DNA of 41,329 nucleotides from Candidatus Proteinoplasmatales archaeon SG8-5. GTDB taxonomy: Archaea > Thermoplasmatota > Thermoplasmata > SG8-5. Both the position numbers and the translations under genes were made by a program. Where the stretch lies: contig LSSH01000084.1 of NCBI GenBank assembly GCA_001595885.1, positions 1-41,329 of the forward strand, written 5' to 3'. Each line of letters starts with the position of its first letter. Positions within the stretch are counted from its first letter, which is position 1. This document shows positions 18,995 to 26,754 of the stretch, piece after piece. The notes under the pieces are model-generated. The model did no database searches, was not told where the DNA came from, and worked only from the letters and a program-made list of their open reading frames with translations.

Positions 18995-19891
18995 TTAAAT
19001 AACATTTACCCATATGTGTAGTTTATAATCGGTCATCGAACCGTTGATATCCAACGACCAATCAATTTGGTAAAGGCCCGGTTCTGTAAATCCGAAAACG
19101 AAGGTGTCTTCGAATGAATTCTCTGGGACAAGTGTGATATTTCGTATGAGGACTGTATCTGCCGATAAGGAATGCGTTGACGCCCAATTTTCCTCGTACT
19201 GCACCGTTGTGTGGTTTCCCACTGCGGTTGTTATCGTGTAAACTTTCTGCTCTTCTTCATGGCAGGTTATTCCTATGATAATCGCGGCCGTTTGATTTGC
19301 GGATATGTTCACGGGATAACCGCCATAAGTCCCGTCACTGTCTAGGATATAGAATTCGGTATATGCTGGTTCTATGGATGGCATCGCAAGCATATAAGCC
19401 ATGAAACATCCGGTCATAATTAACATAATCATTATCGACATGCTAAATAGTTTATCAGTTGAATCGGCTGAACGTGAAGCGATTTCTGAGATCATTAAGT
19501 TATATCGGTCGTCCATCGGTAGCGTTGATCTCCGATAACATGCAATCCCACTAAATATGAATATAATGAGTACAAGACCTACCAGTATATTGGTCAAGGT
19601 CAGGCCTGTTAAGTAACTGGTAACCAGCCCGTTAATTGCTACAATGACAATGCTTAGACCGATGCTTAAGGCAAGACGTTCCAGGGTGGAAAGACCTTTT
19701 TCAGGCCATAAACTGGATGTCAGTGTATACCCTGGTATCACCAGAAGCAAGGGAAGGCCGAAGGCGACCCTGAGGAGATTCCCTTCCTGTAGGAACAACG
19801 CTGTTAAAACACCCACAAGAGTGAATATTATGACCAATACAAGGTCAATTGGATATCTTTGAATTCCTGGAATATTCAGACTCGCAGTCAT
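18995..19891 (-). CDS. DUF1616-family membrane protein with an extracellular beta-rich C-terminal domain
   Basis: N-terminal IDLVLVIIFTLVGVLTALFL..LRVAFGLPLLLVIPGYTLTSSLWP matches my recollection of archaeal DUF1616. 4-5 TM segments, then a soluble domain of about 130 aa with N-x-S/T sequons. Confidence 0.6.
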   Translation of the reverse strand: MTASLNIPGIQRYPIDLVLVIIFTLVGVLTALFLQEGNLLRVAFGLPLLLVIPGYTLTSSLWPEKGLSTLERLALSIGLSIVIVAINGLVTSYLTGLTLTNILVGLVLIIFIFSGIACYRRSTLPMDDRYNLMISEIASRSADSTDKLFSMSIMIMLIMTGCFMAYMLAMPSIEPAYTEFYILDSDGTYGGYPVNISANQTAAIIIGITCHEEEQKVYTITTAVGNHTTVQYEENWASTHSLSADTVLIRNITLVPENSFEDTFVFGFTEPGLYQIDWSLDINGSMTDYKLHIWVNVI

Positions 19892-19918
19892 CTACTTACA
19901 CCCAATTCTGAAGGAGAA

Positions 19919-20593
19919 TCAGTCTTTTTCCTCCTCTTTCAACTCACCTCTGTTCAGGAAGAACTTCTTCTCCACATGGCCCTCGACCACAGGGTCGTGC
20001 GAGGCTATGACGACGGTGGCTCCGAACTCCCTGTTGGCCTTCTTGAATGCGTCGATGACTATGTCACAGTTATCCAGGTCGAGCGAGGCGGTGGGCTCGT
20101 CCGCAAGCAATACCGATGGGTTGTTGGCCAGGGCCCGGGCGACCGCCACCCTCTGCCTCTCTCCTCCGCTGATCTCATCAGGATATTTTTCCGTGTAATC
20201 CTCGAGGTCGAAGGTGTGGAGGAGTTCTCTGACGCGCCAATCCCCGTCGTGCCACTTTGCGATCTTCATTGGGAGAAGAACGTTCTCGTAGACCGTCAGG
20301 TCACCTATGAGATTGTGGGCCTGGAAGACCGTGCCTATCTTGTGTAAGCGAATGTTGGCCAAATCCTTATCGGATAGACTTGCTGTGTCATACCCGTTCA
20401 GTTGGATCTCGCCCTGCGATGGAACGTCAATGCAGCCGATGAGGTTCAGGAGGGTCGTCTTTCCGCTGCCAGACCTGCCTTTAATGAGTATCATCTCCCT
20501 CGGAGCGATCTCCAGGTTTATGCCTTGAAGAACCTGCCTTTTCCCGTCATATGTCTTCCAGACATCCTTGACAACAATGTTCATCTGTTTCAT
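19919..20593 (-). CDS. ABC transporter ATP-binding protein, MacB/LolD/FtsE-like
   Basis: Walker A GRSGSGKTTLLN, signature ISGGERQRVAVARAL, Walker B VLLADEPT, H-loop ASHD. Confidence 0.9.
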   Translation of the reverse strand: MKQMNIVVKDVWKTYDGKRQVLQGINLEIAPREMILIKGRSGSGKTTLLNLIGCIDVPSQGEIQLNGYDTASLSDKDLANIRLHKIGTVFQAHNLIGDLTVYENVLLPMKIAKWHDGDWRVRELLHTFDLEDYTEKYPDEISGGERQRVAVARALANNPSVLLADEPTASLDLDNCDIVIDAFKKANREFGATVVIASHDPVVEGHVEKKFFLNRGELKEEEKD

Positions 20594-20671
20594 TCAATCC
20601 ACCGATATGGATTTAAGTCTTAAATAATATAGGCAGACTGGTTTAGGCAATGCCATATTAAAGAGTTTCGG

Positions 20672-21781
20672 GTGAGTTCTCTGACCATTATCGCCAGGTT
20701 GTCAACGAAGATGAACAAGCGGATATTCGCTACAATCCTAGGTATCGCATTCTGTGTAACCTATTTGGCAGGGACCAGCGCGATGGTAGATGGTCTCAAG
20801 GAGACCACAGGAACGATCGCCTCGACCTTCGATCAGGGTCCGGTCCTCGTGTATACGGACGAGGACTTTGCCCGAAGCGACATCAACGCTCAGGACCTGC
20901 CTAGCAATGAAACTGTGTTTGTGGCATTCAGTTTCCTGAACGTGACGCTCAGGGACAACAGCGGTAACCGGGTCGATAACGTTTATGCCGTATCAATGTT
21001 GGATACCGAGGACATCCTCGGATTGAACATGACCAATGAATCAACATCGTCACAGGTTTTGATCGGAACTCAGTTGGAGGGGATGCTGATATCGAATACA
21101 GTTAATACGGGTCAAGGCGTCCAGTATTCACTGATATATGAGAATCAAACAGCCAATGTCAATGTTGACGGCGGCTACGCCCCTGGTTCGATATTCCCGG
21201 ATGATTGGCTGCTTGTCCCGAGAAGCGTCACCAACTCTCTGAGACCGGGCATGAACGAGAGCTACTCCTTCCTGATGATCGTGGAATTGGGTGAGGCGGA
21301 CGTGGATTGGAGCATTGATGGGGCTCAGTTGAAACCCACCTCAGGCGTTGTCGGCTTCTTCGAGAGGGGCATCTATCAGGTGGAGGATGACCTGTGGACC
21401 ATAATTCTGATTACCGGTACAATCACAGCCCTTTTGGTATACTGCATCATCTCGATCGAGACCGAGTACAATGCACCTACAATCAAGATCCTCAGGGGTG
21501 TGGGAGCCACACGCGGTTTTGTCATCAGGGTCTTCCTGGTCAAGGCGCTCTTCATCACCTTCGTCGGGGGCGTGCTGGGAACCGCCCTCGGCTTCTGTGT
21601 CGCCAGCGCCATTTCGTCACTTTCCAGCATATTCGGCGTGTTCACATTCGTCACGCCGGTTGCAACCCTGGATTCACTGGGACTGCCCATCGCCATATCC
21701 CTGATATCAGGACTGATCGGTGGAGTCTGGCCGGCCGTCAGGGCCTCCAGGATATTCACGCTCAGGAGGAACGGACGATGA
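20672..21781 (+). CDS. FtsX/MacB-type ABC permease 1 with a large extracytoplasmic domain
   Basis: GTG start. TM1, then an external domain of about 210 aa, then three C-terminal TMs with the FtsX-like LRGVGATRGFVIRVFLVKAL segment. Divergent from the ATPase gene. Confidence 0.75.
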   Translation: MSSLTIIARLSTKMNKRIFATILGIAFCVTYLAGTSAMVDGLKETTGTIASTFDQGPVLVYTDEDFARSDINAQDLPSNETVFVAFSFLNVTLRDNSGNRVDNVYAVSMLDTEDILGLNMTNESTSSQVLIGTQLEGMLISNTVNTGQGVQYSLIYENQTANVNVDGGYAPGSIFPDDWLLVPRSVTNSLRPGMNESYSFLMIVELGEADVDWSIDGAQLKPTSGVVGFFERGIYQVEDDLWTIILITGTITALLVYCIISIETEYNAPTIKILRGVGATRGFVIRVFLVKALFITFVGGVLGTALGFCVASAISSLSSIFGVFTFVTPVATLDSLGLPIAISLISGLIGGVWPAVRASRIFTLRRNGR

Positions 21782-23013
21782 TGCTGGTGAGGAAGAAGAC
21801 CATTGCGGGCCTAGTCCTTTGCACCCTGGTACTCAGTGCTTCCGTTCCGCTCCTCCTGGGGATCGAATCGACCCCGAAGTCGGTCTTCGGCGGTGACATG
21901 GTGGCCGTTTCCCAGGTCAACTCCAGCGTCAGTCTGAACGTTACCTTGGCCGAGAAGATGAAGGAGCAGGCAAACGTGGTTGCCGCCAGCCCGGAGATAA
22001 CGTGCTTCTGCGTCATCGAGGACGAGCCGGTCATCGTTAGAGGGGTCCAGCTGGAGGATTTCCTCGAAATAGAGAACAGCACCCTTATCAGGGGTGAGGT
22101 TACCAATCCAGACAGGTTCGCGGTCATGGGCCGCAAGCTTACCAGGCGCGTCGGTCTGGATGTCGGCGACCGGTTCCTCATGACCGGGTCGTCATCTTCC
22201 GCGCTTTTCCAGCTCGAGGTAGATGCCGTATACAAGGGTAATTATTCTGAGGACGAGCTCCTGGTCCCGCTGCCTTATGCCAGAAGGATGGCCGGTCTCT
22301 CTTCGGAAGCCGTACTTTTCATCAGGGTCAAGACCACCAATCAAAGCGCTCTGGTCGATGAATTGGTGACCCAAGAGGCGCCGGTCATGGTTACCGACAA
22401 TACCGGGATTTCTACACCCGTGAACGTAAACATCAGCGAGGAGGACCGGGTCAAGCAGCAGCTGGCCATCAAATACCTTGACACGGCGAAGTTCAAGGCA
22501 TCGAACGGCAGTTATGTGAGCATGTTCGTCCAGGAGGGGGCGAACAGCATCAGGATCGTCGTAACCACATTCATTGTCCTGGACGGCGCTCTGGCCTTCA
22601 TCGGCTCGGCAGCCATCATCTCAAGGGCCGTGATCGAGAGGAGCACCGAGATGGGCATCCTATCGGCCATCGGGGCTAACAGAAGAAAGATAAAATCAAT
22701 GGTTGTGCGCGACGTGTTCCTTATCTCTGTCACCGCCTCCTTAATTGGGACGCTGGTCGGGTATGCTATCGTCACATGGGTCGAGAATAACGGATTACTG
22801 CTGATGTTCGGAGAGTCCATTCACGCGGTCATCGACGCGAACCTGCTCGTGATGATATTCCTAATCTCCGTGATAATCCACGTCTGTTCCGCCCTGCTCG
22901 TCGGGACAGTGCTAACCAAGGCCAGGCCGCGACACCTCATGCAAGAGGCTGAGGTGCAGGAGAAGGAGGATGCCGCTCCTGCCTTCGAATCCCTGCTGGG
23001 GGTGGATGGCTGA
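21778..23013 (+). CDS. FtsX/MacB-type ABC permease 2 with a large extracytoplasmic domain
   Basis: Real start MMLVRKKTIAGLVLC at 21778 overlaps the upstream TGA (ATGA). The track ORF from 21394 is an out-of-frame read-in over permease 1. FtsX-like GILSAIGANRRKIKSMVVRDVFLIS. Confidence 0.75.
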   Translation: MMLVRKKTIAGLVLCTLVLSASVPLLLGIESTPKSVFGGDMVAVSQVNSSVSLNVTLAEKMKEQANVVAASPEITCFCVIEDEPVIVRGVQLEDFLEIENSTLIRGEVTNPDRFAVMGRKLTRRVGLDVGDRFLMTGSSSSALFQLEVDAVYKGNYSEDELLVPLPYARRMAGLSSEAVLFIRVKTTNQSALVDELVTQEAPVMVTDNTGISTPVNVNISEEDRVKQQLAIKYLDTAKFKASNGSYVSMFVQEGANSIRIVVTTFIVLDGALAFIGSAAIISRAVIERSTEMGILSAIGANRRKIKSMVVRDVFLISVTASLIGTLVGYAIVTWVENNGLLLMFGESIHAVIDANLLVMIFLISVIIHVCSALLVGTVLTKARPRHLMQEAEVQEKEDAAPAFESLLGVDG

Positions 23014-23042
23014 ACAGGAGGCACACCATTCTCCTCGGCATA

Positions 23043-24701
23043 TTGCTATTGGTAATAGCGTTCAGCGTCAGGCTTGCTCCCCTTCACGAATCTCCGATGC
23101 CCTACAACATAGACGGCTTCCCGCTCGCACGTATCTCCGAGTCAATCATCGATACCGAACATATTCCATCCCCCTCGGGGTACGAGGGATTGATAGGTTA
23201 CAATTTGAAGCTGCCGATATTCTCACTTGTCCTGACCTGCTTCTCGTTGGTTCTCGGTGTTGAACCATTGACGCTGTTACCCTACTTCTGCGCTTTGATC
23301 GGTTCAATGGCTGTCCTGTTCATTTACGTGCTCACCCTTCACCTCACTCAGAACCGGTTGGCCGGCTTCGTAGCTGGCCTGTTCGCTGCCCTGACTGGTC
23401 TGTTCGTCTACGTGACAACCGCGGCCATGAAGCAGCTGTTGGCCATCGTTCTTCTGGTATTCGCTGTGTACCTCTTCACCAGGAGGGAAGATTGGCGCTG
23501 TCGTCTGTTGATGGTCGTTACATTGATCATGTTACCGTTCACCCATCACCTGACGACGTTGATAGCGCTGCTGATATTGTCGACTGCCATAGGCACGACG
23601 GCCATCAAGGGCAACCTTTTCAAGTTGAGGGCCCTGAGGAGCCTCGCCCTGGATGTCGTTACTGGTCCTCTCATACTGATATTATCCCTTGCCTACTACC
23701 GCAGCGTGAACCTGGAGTTTGTCAACGAAGTGGGCAACATCAACGACGTTGTCCTGCTTGGCTCGGTGTTCATACTGTTGTTCGCGGCGGCGAAGCTTAT
23801 TTCCGAAACAGCACAGAGCAAGCCGTGGTTCTTCCTGACGCGGAAGGATGGCCAGGAATTGGGAGTGGCACATATTTTCGATGAGAAGGTCCTCATCTTC
23901 GTTGTCGGGATTGGCACCCTCTACCTCAACTCCAGGATCAAGGTGTTCACGGGCAGCGTAATGACAACCGACACGCTGTTCAATCTCATGTTCCCGTATC
24001 TGATACTCACAGTCATCGGCCTCATAGGTTTCAACGTTCTACGGTATTCCCGTTTTCCCAGGAGGGACATCATCATCGGCATGTTCATGGCCCCGTTCTG
24101 CGTGATGGTCTTTGCCGTCCTCAGGGGTCTGGACATCTTTAACTTCACCCTCGTATACAGGAGCTACAACTTCATCGACGTACCAATGGCCATCGTTGTG
24201 GGCGTCGGAGCGGCCTACCTGTTCACCAGGATGAGGAAGTTCACAATCAGGCAAAGGGAGTTCAGAGTGCTTCCCTACGGTGTCCTCGCCGTGGTTGGCC
24301 TCCTTTGTGTCGCATCCGTCCCCCTCGCGTACAACAGCGAGGAGGCGTTCGGCATCCAGGAGATCACGTATCCGTACGAGTTCGAGGGCCTGGAATGGGT
24401 GGCGGAGGCTAATGTCACAGCGGTGGTAACAGATCAGAGGTACGGTGACATCATCGAGCCGTACTTCGGAGTGGATGCTGACAGAACGGGACCCTGGAGA
24501 ATGAAGAGTCAATATATCGATACCGGCGATGTCATTTTGATTTCCAATTACTGGACCGACGGCGGGGCACAGATGTCGATACTGGGCCGCGAATATTTCA
24601 CAGACCACTGGCTGGAAGACTTCTACGATAATCTGGATTTCAATATCGTATATGTGGGCGGTCCCGAAGGCAGGGAAGTGGTGGTTGCGATTGCAGGATG
24701 A
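23043..24701 (+). CDS. Large polytopic membrane protein, GT-C-like topology, unknown family
   Basis: About 13 hydrophobic segments plus a C-terminal soluble domain of about 130 aa. The first canonical start is TTG at 23043, but the open frame upstream encodes WLNRRHTILLGI, which would complete TM1 (see findings). Confidence 0.55.
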   Translation: MLLVIAFSVRLAPLHESPMPYNIDGFPLARISESIIDTEHIPSPSGYEGLIGYNLKLPIFSLVLTCFSLVLGVEPLTLLPYFCALIGSMAVLFIYVLTLHLTQNRLAGFVAGLFAALTGLFVYVTTAAMKQLLAIVLLVFAVYLFTRREDWRCRLLMVVTLIMLPFTHHLTTLIALLILSTAIGTTAIKGNLFKLRALRSLALDVVTGPLILILSLAYYRSVNLEFVNEVGNINDVVLLGSVFILLFAAAKLISETAQSKPWFFLTRKDGQELGVAHIFDEKVLIFVVGIGTLYLNSRIKVFTGSVMTTDTLFNLMFPYLILTVIGLIGFNVLRYSRFPRRDIIIGMFMAPFCVMVFAVLRGLDIFNFTLVYRSYNFIDVPMAIVVGVGAAYLFTRMRKFTIRQREFRVLPYGVLAVVGLLCVASVPLAYNSEEAFGIQEITYPYEFEGLEWVAEANVTAVVTDQRYGDIIEPYFGVDADRTGPWRMKSQYIDTGDVILISNYWTDGGAQMSILGREYFTDHWLEDFYDNLDFNIVYVGGPEGREVVVAIAG

Positions 24702-24702
24702 G

Positions 24703-25710
24703 GTGGTCCTGGACGGTTCGGTCGGTGAAGGCGGCGGCCAGGTCTTGAGGTCAGGATTGGCCTTCGCCGCCATTACTGGTAAGAAACTGGCGATCGAGAA
24801 CATCAGGGCGAACCGGCCTAAACCCGGACTGGCAAACCAGCACCTGTCAGGTCTGAGGGCCATTGCCAAGATATCGAACGCTGACGTCACGGGCGGAGAC
24901 CTTGGATCCACCAGGTTATCCTTCCATCCGGATCAGATCAAACACGGGGACCACGAGTTCGCAGTGGGGACCGCAGGAGCGGTCACACTTGTGCTGCAAA
25001 CTATTTTACCCGCGCTGGCCTCTGTCACGGGTGAGTCAAGGATCAGTATTTCCGGGGGAACCGACGTGAAATGGGCGCCGCCTGTGGACTACTACAGACT
25101 TGTGCTGTTCCCTATGCTTAGTAAGATGGGAGTGGATTGTGCCATCGATGTGAAACTGAGGGGATATTATCCCAAGGGCGGCGGTTTGATCGAGGCCGTC
25201 ATCAGGTCCCAGGGGACGATAGGACCCTTACCGGAGAGTTATGAGGACATAGAGGGGATTTCAGGTATTATCAACATCACGGGCCTGCCCATTCATATCG
25301 CAGAAAGGATCGAGCGGGAAGTGATGAACGGCATTCAGACGAAAGTGCCATGTGATGCCGACATTCGGATCGAACAAGGGGCCAAAGGGCCCAGCCAGGG
25401 TGTCGGTGTCGTCCTCGCAGCCGGGGGCGGGGATAGGGTCATCGGATCAAACTCCCTCGGGGAGCGGGGCAAAACCGCCGAGAAGGTGGGCAAGGAAGCC
25501 GTGCAAGGACTGATGGCAGATATCAACGCCCGGGCGGACTTAGATGTGCATGCGGCCGACCAGATATTGCCCTTCATGGCGCTGGCCCCGAAAGGCGGTC
25601 GCTTCACGACCCGTTCGTTGAGCAATCATGCGATGACGAATATCGACGTCATAGAGAGGTTCCTGGGTAAAACCTTCGAGGTGGATGGAACTAGGGTCGA
25701 AAGGCTTTAA
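24703..25710 (+). CDS. rtcA: RNA 3'-terminal phosphate cyclase
   Basis: LDGSVGEGGGQVLRSGLAFAAITGKKLAIENIRANRPKPGLANQHL and the His motif LDVHAADQILPFMAL. The family N-terminus begins right at ..DGS.GEGGGQ, so in-frame GTG 24703 (or TTG 24691) is preferred over the track ATG 24652, which lies inside the upstream gene. Confidence 0.85.
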   Translation: MVLDGSVGEGGGQVLRSGLAFAAITGKKLAIENIRANRPKPGLANQHLSGLRAIAKISNADVTGGDLGSTRLSFHPDQIKHGDHEFAVGTAGAVTLVLQTILPALASVTGESRISISGGTDVKWAPPVDYYRLVLFPMLSKMGVDCAIDVKLRGYYPKGGGLIEAVIRSQGTIGPLPESYEDIEGISGIINITGLPIHIAERIEREVMNGIQTKVPCDADIRIEQGAKGPSQGVGVVLAAGGGDRVIGSNSLGERGKTAEKVGKEAVQGLMADINARADLDVHAADQILPFMALAPKGGRFTTRSLSNHAMTNIDVIERFLGKTFEVDGTRVERL

Positions 25711-26489
25711 CCGTACATGGCCGGAGAGTGCTGGGTCGGCGGCTTGACGTCCTTCGCCTGCTTGTGAATGAGCTTCAGTTGTGACTCGATGCGGCCCGCC
25801 TCGTCGTACAGGGGTTTGACGTCCAGGTCTATGTGGAGGAGGAATTTGTCTATCATCTCGATGACCCGAGCGGCAGCGCGTGCGTCCGGGAAATCCGGAT
25901 GGGCCTCGGCCAGTATCGTGGCGACATTGAAGTCGCGCCTCCTGCCCTCGTTGAGTAGCACCCCCGCAACTCCCGTTATCACGCCCTCCGTGAACTCCTG
26001 GAGTCCGTTGGCGTTGAGCATGTTCCTCATCTCGTCTGTGCTTCCCACTCCGTAAACGCCCACGTCGACCTCCGCCGATTCCGAATCTTCCTCACGGTCA
26101 ATGACCAGGCCCTCGGGTGACAGGAGCATCTTGCACCGCTGCTCCTCGGTCCAATCCAGTATCGTGCTGGCTATGGGCTTCACAAGGTTTGGCGGCGGCT
26201 GGAACTCCGATATGAAGACGACCAGCTGGTCAACAGATTGCTGGCCGTCACCGAACTTCTCCCCCGCGTATATGCGCACGGGATTCTGCGGTCGGCCATC
26301 CCTGACCAACGATACCGTGGGAAAGTAGACCGAATCCATAATTCCGATCTGGGTCAGACTGAGGGTGTTTATGAGATAATTGGCTACTATTGAACTCACA
26401 AGGCCCACGCTGGGAAAACCGTCTATCACGGTCGCCCCGCGAATGTCCATTCTCTTGAGCTCGTAAATCTCTATGTCTTCTGCCATCAC
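25707..26489 (-). CDS. PAC2-family proteasome assembly chaperone (PbaA/PbaB-like)
   Basis: IRGATVIDGFPSVGLVSSIVANYLI N-terminal PAC2 signature, 260 aa. C-terminus ...PTQHSPAMYG is HbYX-like. 4-nt convergent overlap with rtcA. Confidence 0.75.
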   Translation of the reverse strand: MMAEDIEIYELKRMDIRGATVIDGFPSVGLVSSIVANYLINTLSLTQIGIMDSVYFPTVSLVRDGRPQNPVRIYAGEKFGDGQQSVDQLVVFISEFQPPPNLVKPIASTILDWTEEQRCKMLLSPEGLVIDREEDSESAEVDVGVYGVGSTDEMRNMLNANGLQEFTEGVITGVAGVLLNEGRRRDFNVATILAEAHPDFPDARAAARVIEMIDKFLLHIDLDVKPLYDEAGRIESQLKLIHKQAKDVKPPTQHSPAMYG

Positions 26490-26604
26490 GTAAGCCTCAA
26501 ACCCGCATTTCCTTGCACATACTTAAATCACACCCCGTTCAAGTTATGGTTTGGATACATTGATTCAGTACGTCTGGATTCTAAATACAAAAGTCATGCC
26601 CCCC

Positions 26605-26706
26605 TGTAAGGTGGGGTGTCTCCCCGATTGCCCAACGGGTGACAATCCCAACTCCATGACCGTCGAAAACCCCGCCTTTTAGGGCGGGGATGCTCTCCAC
26701 CCTACA
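26605..26706. ncRNA. Candidate structured RNA of about 100 nt (unclassified)
   Basis: Closing helix 26605-26616 / 26695-26706 (11 of 12 pairs, including one G-U). Inner hairpins GGGG-tgtct-CCCC (26613-26625), GATTG CCC-aac-GGG tga CAATC (26626-26647) and CCCCGCC-ttttag-GGCGGGG (26670-26689). Lies in a 265-bp divergent intergenic region. Confidence 0.25.
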
Positions 26707-26754
26707 ATAAATCTATAAATGTAAAAGGCAATTCACCGCCAGAGGAATCAGTAA

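Noticed and set aside
21394-21777. N-terminal 128-aa extension of the second FtsX permease in the ORF track
   Set aside because: This part lies in a different frame over permease 1 and reads as Arg/His-rich nonsense. MMLVRKK at 21778 overlaps the upstream stop (ATGA) and is followed by a normal TM1.
23043-24701. AglB/STT3 oligosaccharyltransferase assignment, based on SNYWTDGG resembling WWDYG
   Set aside because: The motif is a poor match and lies about 95 residues after the last TM, instead of immediately after it. The protein is short and no other STT3 motifs are evident.
24039-24911. 290-aa minus-strand ORF spanning the membrane-protein / rtcA junction
   Set aside because: Antisense to two genes with clear family signatures, with Arg/Pro/His-rich composition. 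The same reasoning applies to 36697-37269, 39666-40058, 40065-40658, 1682-2098, 27040-27540 and 28236-28793.
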